Shown piece by piece: positions 35,801 to 47,736 of a DNA stretch of 64,000 nucleotides. The translations under genes and the position numbers were made by a program. Below the pieces are notes generated by a model, which had not been told where the DNA came from, searched no databases, and saw only the letters and a list, made by a program, of their open reading frames with translations. Within the stretch, counting starts at the first letter, position 1. The number at the start of each line of letters is the position of its first letter. The DNA comes from Trichosphaerium sp. ATCC 40318. Taxonomy: Eukaryota; Protista; Tubulinea. The DNA lies in NCBI GenBank assembly GCA_038496445.1, contig JALMLS010000578.1, forward strand, positions 186,001 through 250,000, given 5' to 3'.

Positions 35801-36407
35801 TATCAAGTAACCAACATTCTTAATGTAGAGATCTTGCATGCAGAAATATCTTGGTACGATTAGCATATTAAATCTTACGTTGTTTAAAACTTACCACGTG
35901 GTAGATATCAGAAGATAATACTCCGAAAATAAGCGATTTTGGAATGTCAAGGTATTAAGTATACTTTCCTAGTAGCTATGTATACACGGCTGTTAACATA
36001 TTTCAGAAAATCAGCTATATCGGGAGGAGCACAAGAGACAAATAACAACATTGGACCAGTTCGATGGATGAGTCCTGAGTCTATAAGAAAGTTCTATGAA
36101 CCTAAAAGTGATGTAAGTTAAGAAAAATAGCAAGCTCTGGGATTGAGACTTACTGTCATAGGTTTGGTCATTTGGTATGGTGATATGGGAGATCATTTAT
36201 AAGACCATTCCTTTTGGGGATGTCGCAGATTTGTTTGATCTTGCAATTCGAATTAGAGATGAAGGATATACACCTGAAACAGATGATCGTGTCCATCCTC
36301 GATGGAGGCAAATAATGACGGATTGTTGGGCATTTGCTGCTTCAAACAGACCTAATTTTGAAGATTTGGAGACTGTCATCAACGACGCGAAAGAAAACCC
36401 AATATGA
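32885..36407 (+). CDS. Receptor tyrosine kinase: signal peptide, vWA domain, Cys-rich region, Thr/Pro stalk, TM, TK domain
   Basis: Kinase motifs GEGSFGSV, VAVK, HRDLACRNIL, KISDFGMSR, GPVRWMSPE, SDVWSFG. TM CVVVVILLVLLLVVLF. vWA-like VIDAS...RTGIVLY...GLSAA. CEDRNVCTQNIC resembles Dictyostelium-type Cys repeats. Confidence 0.85.
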
Positions 36408-36979
36408 CAAAGGCACATGTGCTACTAAACGTGCTCGTACAACTCACGTACTTTTTTGACAATAAAACATCCAAAAACCTTCGCGTGTGTGGGGTTGAAT
36501 CCGTCACCGCAAGCACTCAAGTTCTGCAAGGTAGTAGAGGAGCAGGGTGTATACACTCACCAGTAAAGGCCATGTGTACACATGCCGTTTCATAATTAAC
36601 TATTCGGTGGCAGAGTGGCTAACAGTCCACAATTTAAAGAGTGTTTCTACAAAGAAAAAAAAATTGGTTTTAACGGTTCCTTACTAAACAACAAACAGCT
36701 TTGTTTTTGTGCCCGCACTAGAGTGACACAGGATTGGTTACAAAAGAGCTTGGCGTTTCTGGTTCAAGGAACGAGTTCGTTGCTCTTAAAGTTAAGCTTT
36801 GTGTATGTCTCACAACGCGTATATAGCAATACCGGTGAAACAATTAGGAACGAATATTAATATTGCTTGTCTGCACAATTGTGATTTTCATCCAGACTCG
36901 AATTGACTTCCCTTTTTGTTTACAAAGCGCACATAAAAACAGCACACGTACATCAAACATAGCTTGGCTTTACAAAAAT

Positions 36980-38752
36980 ATGTATTTGACATTGATTATT
37001 ACGATTTTTATGATCGCTATGGTTTACCTTGTGTCATCTAATGGCAGCGTTGTTGTCTTTAACCAAACAAGGTATTTAGTCTCCTTAAAAATGATCTCTC
37101 TAACTCGTAATTAAGAGGCTTATTTACACTCGGTAACCCTGACAAGTGTTCAAGGTGGCAAGACGATATGAATGCTAATAACTTGTCATGGCGTATTCCA
37201 ATCACTCAAGTACTGCAAAACTTTCGGGTTACTTTTTTTGGATGACTTAAATGTATTTCGTGCTTAAAGTTGACTTAACTTTACCAACAGGATTTAACTC
37301 AGTATGTACCTGATACAACAGAATTATTGGCACTATTTGGATTCGAACACAACATAACAGAAAACGAGCCGTTCCTTGACTTTATTTCTAGAGGTACCTT
37401 TTGAACAACTTGAACAACTTGGTTCTAGACGCCAGTATCTTATTTTTTTCTTTGCGCTAACTTCACTCCTACTGCTCAATTTCGCATTGTCTTTTGATAG
37501 TTTAACATTCTGCATTTATATCGTTTACTCAGGTGGGAAAGCTGTAATTGCTTGTGAACGTCTTACTGAAGGACTTTGTACAACATTTGGTATGTGCTTT
37601 TTTGGTTTGTGGTACATCAGATTAACACTCCCTGCCAAAGAGTTTTTGACTGTTGAACAAGCACAGCCTGGAATGTTTGGTGAATGGCTGGTAGGTCTTA
37701 TTACAATGTATGAATAATAAATATTGATTTTTTTGCATTAGGACGTGACACCGACAGTGCAAGCACAAGGCATCATACCGTCTATTAGATTTTTCAATAA
37801 CTTTATGCACTTTTTCAATTACAGCCAGTCAGCTAATATAACTGTTCTTGCTCAACTGTCGTTTTCAAATATAACACACGATGTTGTCATACAAGTTGAC
37901 TATGGTACGACTTTCCTAACAATCACGTGCCTTGTTATTTATTTTTAGGAATGGGCTCATTTATTGCTATTGGTGAGACTGGGTTTATACGGGATGACTT
38001 ATATGATGATCAACCTAACATTTTTGAGTTTATGACTTCAATATTTGACAAAGTATCATCACCTCCAGTAGTACCTACTTCATCACCAACACTATCACCT
38101 ACAACATCACCAACGCCGTCACCTACAAGTGTTTCTATTTCAAAAAATGTATCTGATATTATAACTGACAATTGCGGAAGACGGAGACAAGGAGCAGAAT
38201 GTTCCAATGGTACAAACACTTGCAGCTATATGTATATATCGTATACTTTTTCTAATTGCCCTTGACAGGAACATTGATTGCCAAACAAGACTTTGTGCTT
38301 TTCAAAATAGAACAAGGAATCGATGTATGGCTGATACAGAACCAAACTACAACCGACGTACCTGTAATAACGTACCATGGTGCGTCATCTTCGTACATCG
38401 AAATAGTTTTCTGATTTTGATTTAACAAAGGTTGCGATGATATTGATGTAAGTATCAGATTGCAAACAACACTCGCCCTTGGTACTACAGAAATACAATT
38501 TTTGAATTTTGTAGCGCAAATGTGTACTGTAGAGTGGTAACGTCAAAATTATCTACTGTAGATCAGGAATGCAGGAGCACTTCACAAAAGCAAAAAAAAT
38601 CGAATGGGTGCAAATACTCCCTGGTTTTCAGTGTTTCAGATACCTGTGCATCGTCACCTTCACCCCTCGCTATAGCCATTTCAATACCAGTTGTAATTGT
38701 CATAGTAGCTTGTATTGCTGTTGTGTTCTTTGTGTACTACAATCGAAAATAA
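36980..38752 (+). CDS. Type I membrane/cell-surface protein with a PTxS stalk and Cys-rich region, multi-exon
   Basis: Signal MYLTLIITIFMIAMVYLVSS, PTSSPTLSPTTSPTPSPT, Cys-rich exons, and a C-terminal TM IAISIPVVIVIVACIAVVFFVYY with a very short tail. Confidence 0.65.
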
Positions 38753-39167
38753 GATGTTTGTTCACTTTGATGTTGCTACTTTGAAAACTTGCTCTATGTT
38801 AAAAGAGCTACTCTTCGTATTCGTGTGTGGTTGGTCTATTCGCCCACAGCTACAGTTCATGCCTTGCTCGCGAATGTGTTGGTTTATTACTATAAGGATT
38901 CAAGGCGCCTCATATTAATGCGTATTTTAACAACAGGTCACATAATTTAGGTAAATGCCTTCACGTGATTCCTGGCTGTTAGCTGAATCTGTATCTCGAA
39001 GCCTCTCGAGATATTGGCGAACAACATGACAGTTTCTGGCATTATAAATGGTACCTCACTACCTTAAATAGTTCATTACAATTACTATTTTTTGGTCACA
39101 TCTTTCGACTTGAATGGTATTAAATTATTTATTTATTTAGACTATTGTTTTTTTTCAAATTGGATGG

Positions 39168-40218
39168 TTATTTCTTTGAGTTGAAATTTTGGTAACTAGA
39201 ACCGCATTGTCCGCATGTACCAAGCGCTTTTAGAATAACAACAGCCAGTCCCAAGTTATACAAAGAGCTTGCAGTATCTTTACAGTCCTATTGACAAACA
39301 CATAAGAAACACTCAAAATCGAGTTGACAAAACTTTTCTTGTTTGTAAAAAGTAGTTTTGAGTGACCACCTGGAAATACGAAAATGGTATAAACAATTGC
39401 GTTATGATACGTACCCCACTGTTGGCAACAATAAGAATACCATAGATGAGCCATCCAATATTAAATACTGCGACAACAATCATATAAACAATCAAAATTG
39501 TTACAGCTGTCCCTGTTTTCTCTTTGCCAAACAGTATAAGCAATATCGTTATCATTATAATAGCGATTACAATCAAAACACTTGTTAGAATACCATCAAC
39601 GATAAGCCACTTAGCGAGCCCAATCGCTAAAGGAAAACATTAGTCTCCAAAACAATAAAAGGTTAAAATTGATAAAAACAGCGCTCATTAGCTAATTTGA
39701 AAACTATCACGTGATGCGATAATGGAAAAACACAATAATTCTCTAAGGCGCGAAACATGCTAACTGTAGTACTAAGAACGCTAGTGCTTGTTGTTTTGTT
39801 TACATAAACCAAAAAACAATCACGTGATAATGAAAAGCATAAAAATAAACTAACGAATTTAAGGCGCTCGAAAAGCGCATTAAAAAGTGGTAAGAGGTAA
39901 TGACAAGCGTATTTTACACAAAAAACAAAATTTCATGTGGTTTTTGATACAAATTAAGCTAACGCGCTTTCATAATGTTGTAAACGTTTTGTAGGCATCA
40001 AAATAGAGCGTACAGTATACATCCAACTGTCTTGGGACTAAAGTGCCGTTTCCAATATCTATAAAGTCTATAGTGTCTGGGTTCGTACAGACGTTGTCCT
40101 GTTCTCTAAACCCAATCACCAACTCCGCTATTATAATTGAGGCAGCAATACCGACCACAAATATGCCCATTACTACCATACAACATATCACTCCTCCAAT
40201 TGCAGCTTTTTCTCCCAT
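39168..40218 (-). CDS. Small four-TM membrane protein, 3 exons
   Basis: MGEKAAIGGVICC...IAELVIG, IGLAKWLIVDG, FNIGWLIYGILIV: four hydrophobic helices. Confidence 0.7.
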
Positions 40219-41039
40219 GTTGCTATACTTGTATTGTTTTGTCTCTTGACAACACGTGAAAAAATTCGGTTTTCTAGAAATTACGGCGAATTTCGCCACA
40301 GTTTCCCTATTTCGGGTTTTAGCAACACTCTATTTGGTGTTTATTATAAAGTCCTTTGAGAGATACGATACCGTATACCTTCGTGAAATTTTAGGATGGG
40401 TAAAACCGAATAATATCGGGTGTTGTAGATAAATTTGTAGTTTTGTTCGTTATTGTGTTGGTCACGTGGTATCTACTGGTTTTTTGCTTTTTCCGAAAAG
40501 AGGGACATGAAATGTAATCTGTTACGTGAATGTGGCTTTATATTTTCAGGATTCTACATTTAATCCGGCAATTGTTCGGGTTTATGCTTGAATAAGTTCA
40601 AAGGTAATTAAACGCGGAAATCCACGTTAAACCTTAGTATCACACCATGTTTGTGGATTACTGTTCCTGTTGTAGGTAATCCAATAAAGCGACATGAATC
40701 CTGAAAGGAGTTTTTGTTATTTCTGGCTGAAAGTCAGATAAACGGTAGTACAACTTCCTTATAGTTTGAGAGCTACCAATAAAGACAATCACCGACAATG
40801 AGGAACTACACAGAGTCTAACACATGCTCAAAGCCACTTGATCAAACGTGGATCTTATATAGCTGTGCCAACGACAATCTTAGTGGGTAACGGGTTCCTA
40901 AATGTTGAGGTTTCCTATTTTATTTTAACGTGAAAGCTCGTGATTACAATAAAAATATTCGGCTGACAAGAAGTGGCTCTGTTGACTTGGCCTGCAATCG
41001 TTGCTACTTTACATAGCCTGAATACGTAGAAATGGGGTA

Positions 41040-41230
41040 GTTTCGTCTAACACGGAGACTTCAAGCAGTGGAAATATGGGAGTCACAGTACGTTTACGAG
41101 TGGTGAACTTGAAGGAGAGTTCAAGATTTAGTTTGGAATGTAAAGGAGGACTGGAAGTTTGTCAAGCATGAAGCAACACTGTTTCGTCTATCAAAATGAT
41201 GTGGCATGAGAATGCCAACTAAGGAGAATA
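41040..41230 (+). pseudogene. Highly degraded MORN-variant repeat relic
   Basis: Fragments HGDFKQW, GELEGEFKI, MMWHEN among stops and frameshifts. CTTGAAGGAGAGT matches the 3525 repeat unit. Confidence 0.5.
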
Positions 41231-41800
41231 ATCCAAAGACTTGCCGATAAAAAAGCATAGGATAAAGCGCACTGCAGTCGGGTAATGAACTTTTTATTCA
41301 TGACTTCTTGAATGTACACGTGCACTTGTTTGATTTACACCTGTTAGAGTAGGAGGTACAGTTTTTGGAGGTGGCAAAGTTTTACGTTGGAATAAAAGCT
41401 CCAGAATAGAACATCACTTTAAATATATGACGACATGCTCGCCACTTCTGAAGCCTCCAGTATCATCTCTCGATATTCGAACAGGATCTACAATAGTTGT
41501 GAGCCAATTGATACATGTTTGTTGCCGTATTGTTATGGAGACATTTTGTTAATGTACAACCTATGGAGTACCATACGCTCTTGCACTCGATACCTTCACT
41601 AGCTTCGTTTGTTGTTAAAACACTTGCATTACTTGTAGTAAAAGTGTAGCGCACGTGTTTGTATTGTATAGCAGCTCAACTCTAAATTCAATAGCCGCAA
41701 CTCCAAAAAGAGGCAATGAGTGTCGACAGTATATTTGAACACAACTTAAGCTGTTTTGTTAAGTGTTTGTCTAATTGCAAAGTTCGCATTGCAAAACAAG

Positions 41801-43551
41801 ATGCTTCGATTTGGAACACTCTTGTCACTTTTCGCCATTTTAGCGCTTAGTCTTCCTGGACCATGGTACTACAGGGCGCTTAGTTGCTTTTAATCCTTAC
41901 AACTCGTACTAGGATTATAAAAAGCCCTATAACTATTGGCAATGCTGTTACATATCAGACGTACATCAAAAACAACGTCAACACATACTTTACATGGGTA
42001 AGCACTGAAACGACCTTTTTTGGACGTAGCGTTAACAAAACAAAGGTAGAATCAACCTTAGAAGACGATACGCATTCCATAGATATGGCCCTTTTGGTTG
42101 CAGGTAGTGGATATAAATTGTGGCATAAACAGTTCAACTTCACTTCACGTACGAGACTTAACCCGCCTTTTAAGTTTTTTTTTCTCAAACATTGATTCCA
42201 GGAAATGAATATGGTGTTGTTGGAGATGTTACTTATAATGGTGTTATAACCTATGTTTCTATTGAAGTAATCAACAAGTATGGAGGATTTGTAACTACAA
42301 CTATATACGCTTTTGATTCTCGCTCTGGGAAAGAACTATGGTCTTATGAAATGATTGTATCTCCAAGTTTTGAACCTACAAGAGGTCGTCTATTTCCTAC
42401 ACCTAATGTTTTAGACGGAAAACTTGCTTACCTTGGCGGACGTACACTTGTAATATTGGATCACAAAACAGGAAAAGTACTTAACACAACGTCTTATGAT
42501 ATACCTGGCGACTTTAACTGCTTTCACCCTGACAGATGTAAGTACTTGTTATAAGACGACGAGCCAAACCAACTTTGTTGAGTCCTTCAATTTTCTTATA
42601 AGAGTAGAACTAAGTGTTTCTTGCCTTCTAATTTTGTTTCATAGATGTACTTAACACATACTTACTATGCACCCCTGAAGTATCATTTGTGATATCAAAC
42701 AATGCTGTAAGTATTTTTGTTTGTAAAAGAATGTACAGAAGTTCGCACACTAACGAGAATTAGATGTTCGCAATACTGGATGATGAAGAAAACATGATTC
42801 AAAATATTTCTTTGGCTATGTACAATGACATTAATCAAGGACAAATACAACACAGTCTATATGCGTTTACTTACAAAGAAAAACCTGAAGCAGTTGATCA
42901 GTTGTACACGGTACCTAAGTGACAAACTTATCAACATTCTCACTTTTGTAAACAATTAGAAAGGAGAACATAAAACAACTGTACGGAACCTTCCTTTCAC
43001 AACATCACAAAGACCTATAGCCAGTACGCACTTTTAACCATACCCCCATACACTCGTTTCTTATACACTTGTACGTCAGGTATTAACTAGATTATTTAGC
43101 GCCAGCGTTAGACCATTCTGGAACTGTCCATGACATTTTTATCATTTCAAACGAAAATGAAATTGGAGGAATGTCTACTTTAGTAGAAAACGAAACATGG
43201 ACTATGAAAGATAGTACAAGAAAAGGAATAACAACTAGTGGAGGTGTAATGATTACATACACTTTTGATTCTGCAAAGTTTTATGATGCGACAAGAGGAG
43301 GTAAATTCCTTCTTGAAAAAAAACTAGCAAACCTTGGTAAAGACGCTCAAGTCGAACAAGTATCATGTTTCTATGGCACGTGCTAAAAAATTTCTGAACA
43401 ATTTTTTTGTTACCCTCTTGTCGTCATACTGTTCCTTGTCCTATTTTTGAAGGAAGATGTCTTGTGGTTTCTTTTAACTAATTCTTATTGGTTGTTGTAG
43501 GGTTCGGGCAACTTTTCTGTTGCAGAGCATATAAAATCAAGTCTGTTGTAG
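41801..43551 (+). CDS. Secreted PQQ-like beta-propeller protein, multi-exon; 3' end approximate
   Basis: Signal MLRFGTLLSLFAILALS and PQQ-type motifs IYAFDSRSGKELWSY, LVILDHKTGKVL, FYDATRGGK. Confidence 0.65.
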
Positions 43552-44101
43552 ATTATCTATGCGAAGCCATCATTGTTGAGCATTTAGGGATCACTGAATA
43601 AAACAATAGCCTTGCATGCATTTTGCAGACCCAATTATGACCCATATTAGTTATTAAGACACACGTTTTTAGCAAAGCAGTGCTCTTGAAGAGAACCTTG
43701 TGCAATTGTTAGTCCTTTTATTTACTAAAACAGCTTACGATATTTTTACATCAAGTCCAATTACACAATGTGCTGGTAACAAAGTTATTATAACGCTAGA
43801 TAGCTATACCTTTTTCAGTGTTATGACACTCCATAACAGTGTTGTTAGACTCAACTACAACTACAGCTAAGAAAGTTCATGCAGTATTCGGTTTTGGTTA
43901 CCGATTGTGCTCAACTGTGGGCAAAAACCTGAACGAGGATATACTATTTCTTTGAACAATATTTGAAAACAATCACTTGAAATTTTAATCTGTGGATAAC
44001 GTTGTAGTCACTTTTGCGGCATATCTTTCGGAAGTCAGTTTAAGTTGCAGTGACTTAGTCCACGCTGCACCTTTATTGTCATATTCACATCATCAATCCT
44101 C

Positions 44102-44487
44102 ATGAACACCTCATCTCTTGTCCTTCTCTTAGTCTGTTACCCTCACCTTTGCTGCTTATGAACCTGGCGTACAAGAATACTTGACTTCTCTCGGCGCTTA
44201 CCTAACAGGTACGATTTCTAACGTTTCATGTGAATTCTCTAAAAGTGAACCACTGTTGTCAATGTTCCTTTTTTGCCAAAGACAAACCCTCTTTTGTAGG
44301 TTCGCCAACGATTTCTCATTACTACCTTCGGTCTCTCTTCAAGAGATTCTCATTGGGTATTTGGAGTAGTCCACATCCTGGATTCAACAACTGTTGGGAG
44401 GACAATGTAGCTCCAAACCAATGTTGCAATTCACGAGTATTGAACGACAACAGTTGGGTTAACCCAGCCAGTTTCCCAGTTAACTAG
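44102..44487 (+). pseudogene. Frameshifted or truncated secreted-protein gene fragment
   Basis: ATG 44102 gives MNTSSLVLLLV, then needs a frameshift to continue TLTFAAYEPGVQEYLTSLG. One GT-AG intron; abuts a MORN relic. Confidence 0.35.
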
Positions 44488-44499
44488 CAATACTTCAAG

Positions 44500-44690
44500 C
44501 CAAATCGAAAACAAGAAGGAGAACATAATATAAACTGGTACGAAAATAATAAGAAGCACGGAGAGTTCAAGGATTGGCAAAGTGCAGGTCAGATAATAAG
44601 ACATGCACATGTTTTCAAGGACAAGCTGGATAGAGAATACAAAGAATGGTATGAGAAAGGAGAGTCGAAAACAGGATGTTACTCCACATC
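44500..44690 (+). pseudogene. MORN-variant repeat fragment
   Basis: Translates NRKQEGEHNINWYENNKKHGEFKDWQSAGQIIRHAHVFKDKLDREYKEWYEKG; no start codon. Confidence 0.7.
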
Positions 44691-44716
44691 AATGATTCTA
44701 AGCCAAGCCCGCCTTA

Positions 44717-46119
44717 ATGAGCAAAAATAAAAAATATCTTAAACTACGATATGAGGTAACCTACATCAAATTCAAGTACCCTCCTTATAACATTAACTGT
44801 AGCACCCTCCCACTGGAATTATGGGGTCATATAGCGTCTTTCTTGCCTGACTATGACGTACTACACTCATTCGGTGGCGTATGTAACGAATTCGCGTCTA
44901 CAGCCCGTTTAAATAGTATTTGGAGACCTAGATACATAAAATGCTTTGGAGCCGTTAACAACGGCGTAGACAGTCCTGTATTGCAACAATACATCGCTCT
45001 TAAAGCAATACGGTGGGATCCTGCAAATACAGGGCGGTACGCGAGCTAAAAATCAAACATTCAAGCTCTAAACGATACCCATTAGAGGTGTTGTTGTATC
45101 TGATGATGGAAAAACTGTAAAGATGCCTCACCACGATACAATTACTCTTTCAACGATAAAACTCAAAGGAAACGAACAATATTACTGGGAAATGACTACG
45201 TATGTTGAAGAAGTAGATGACCGATTTGGTACGGCCTCTCAATTGGAAAAACCCCAAAAACAACCATGCACGTGCGTAATAGGGCTTCTAACGCTTTGTT
45301 ACACGTGCACAAAAGTAAACAACCAGAGCTTCTAATCTCCGATTTTAACAAAACTATTTGGTTTTTTTTTCTCCTTTTCCTCTTCTGATCAATAAATGTT
45401 GTTGACATTAACCTCAACAGGAAAATGGACATTTCGTCTCGGTTTGGCAGATGATAGTTGTTTAAAATTCCTTAATGGTGATCTATGGTATGTCACTAAA
45501 GAAGAGGAAATAGCATAAAAATACAAAATAATTACAACCAATTTTTTTTGTTTACTTTTGTTTAGGCAAAAAGGTTGGAGTGTTGATGGGTCTGGTGGTA
45601 TCTATTGTAAATCTCTAAATATTGGTAAGTAAATATAAGTGCTTTTATTTTCAATAAAAGCCATCAGCATGAGATTTAATACCAATGAACATGATTTAGG
45701 TGAAACGACAACTTACAGTCATATTGAAAAACCAATTGGATTTCTCCTAAATATGAAAGAACGTACACTGAGGTACTTTATAGATGGAAAGAATCAAGGT
45801 ATTGTGTTCAAGAACTTACCAGGTACGTTACATCAGCCTTTGGCAAACACCCGATTCAACAACTTGTACTTTGATCAACAATAATGTGACTTCTCTTCTT
45901 ATCTTCTATTCTCTTTTAGATGAGGTATACTTAGCTGCTAGTAATGGCATCGGTAGAGGTGAAGTATATACTAAGTTTGGTCTTCCATTACCACCTATAG
46001 TACCAAGTGATGAAGAGCTAGAACGAGAAGGGCATAAACCAGAAAAGAAAAAAATTGTGCTGAAAAGGATAAATTCGGCTAAACAGATTAATACCGGATC
46101 TCTATTAAATTGGCAATAG
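44717..46119 (+). CDS. F-box + SPRY/B30.2 domain protein, multi-exon
   Basis: TLPLELWGHIASFL...FGGVCNEF F-box. SPRY motifs VSDDGKTV, YYWE, IGFLLNMKERTLRYFIDGKNQGIVFKNLP..VYLAAS. Confidence 0.85.
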
Positions 46120-46391
46120 CAACACTTTCAAAAACAAACGTCCCAGTTTGACAGCAAAATTACAAATAAATGGAGACCTAGTTTTCTAGAACTTTTAAAA
46201 AAAATCCGAAAAAAAACTAAATGAACATTGTTCTTTTAGAGCACGTTTTGTAATGTCATGCCACTTCTGCCTGCAAAAAACAATGTCAACCAGCTTAATA
46301 ACTAACAGTGTATCAATAGATAATATGAAAGGTTTAGCACGTGATATTTACCAAGAAAATTGTACGAAAGAAAACCAAAGATGTTTTATTG

Positions 46392-47205
46392 TTATGGTTG
46401 CGATCCATTTAGTGAAATAACACCACCATATCTATAGGTTCCAGAGCTTGTTTGAGCGCCAAACCCATAGATACGAATAGTTGCAGTTGAGGTTACTTGT
46501 GTGGCTGCTGGGAAATCTACTTGCGTTGACATCAAAGTAGTTGTTCCCACAGGAATAGTTGCTGTCGCGAACTCTGTAAAGTCGGTCTCACTATCCTTAC
46601 GAATCTGATAACTGAAATCAGTAGGTCCCCTAGAGCTTCTTCTCTGCATGAACCTAAAAACAGCGATCATTTAGAAAAAATCACAAAAGCTCCGCGGAGG
46701 ACACAAAAGGAATAGCATGTGAGTCGTTTTCACTTCTTTTTTGGGCAGTGAAAATACGATCACGTACGTGAGATCTGTTAAAGTATATGGTCTGTTGGTA
46801 GTAAAACTAAACTCCCAGAAGTCTTCGTTTGCTTCAGCAGCAGCTAGATCGCCGTTTACCGTAAACCCTTAAAAAAATGTTAGATGAACAAAACAGAATG
46901 TCTAAAATCGCTTCAGTCTTTCGGGGAAGCCTTGTGTACCTGCAGAGTTGAAAAAGTTCATTGTGGCTCTGTTAGTTATACCGCTGCCTCTAATAAATTC
47001 AGTAGGGCCAACACCAGCAGCACAGGAGCTAGCAACAAGGGAATCCGCCTCAATAGCAATGTAGTCTAAAACTACTACCTAAAATCACGTGTCAACAAAA
47101 TGTAGACCGGTATGTGCTCTAACATAACAATAAAGTTGTAATATGGCGTACCTGGGCTACAGAAAGAGATATTATAGCAAAAACAATAAGAAAGGAGGTG
47201 TTCAT
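46392..47205 (-). CDS. Small secreted beta-sandwich protein of bacterial appearance, 4 exons
   Basis: Spliced product MNTSFLIVFAIISLSVAQ-VVVLDY...FIRGSGI...FNSAGF...AAAEANEDFWEFSFTTN...RRSSRGPT...TIRIYGFGAQTSSGTYR. All introns GT-AG and in frame. Confidence 0.75.
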
Positions 47206-47736
47206 GTTGTGTGAGACTTAGAATTATGAACAAGTCATTTTCATCTGTTCAATGAATATATTTTCGGAAAAGGCTCGCGTGTGTACGTAGTAAAATAGCA
47301 TAAACGGCTCAAGATTTTGTGCACTTGAGGGCTACTCCAAAACACAAGTGTTGCGACTGTTCGGAAATACAGGCAAGAGTTTAGAGACTACCTACAAAAG
47401 TTGTAGTACACCAGTTTTAACTCCGGTATTACTAAACGGTTTGTAGGCTCGGAAAGCCTAAATATACTGAAAATAATATGATGCCTCCGGAGAAATAAAA
47501 ATGACAACTCCAAATCACAAAGAGGTACTGAAACCTTTGAAACAGTTTAAAAAAAATGGCTTGTAAGTTTCTCCGTTTACCTTTCGTCACTCCACGTGCT
47601 AGCAAGCTAGCTTCACAACATATATGGATAAAACTGCGAACACAGATACGGCGCTAGTATAGTGAAAAACAACTAACCAACAGCATAAAAATTTCTTTTA
47701 ATTTTTTTTGTGTTTTTTATTTTTTTGAGTTTATTT

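Noticed and set aside
36480-36560. tRNA-like GTGGGGTTGAATCCGTCAC
   Set aside because: Only loosely like a T-arm; no TTCGA, D-arm or acceptor stem.
40310-40335. Possible second hAT-like terminus (reverse complement TAGAGTGTTGCTAAAACCCGAA)
   Set aside because: No matching opposite end or TSD found in the window.
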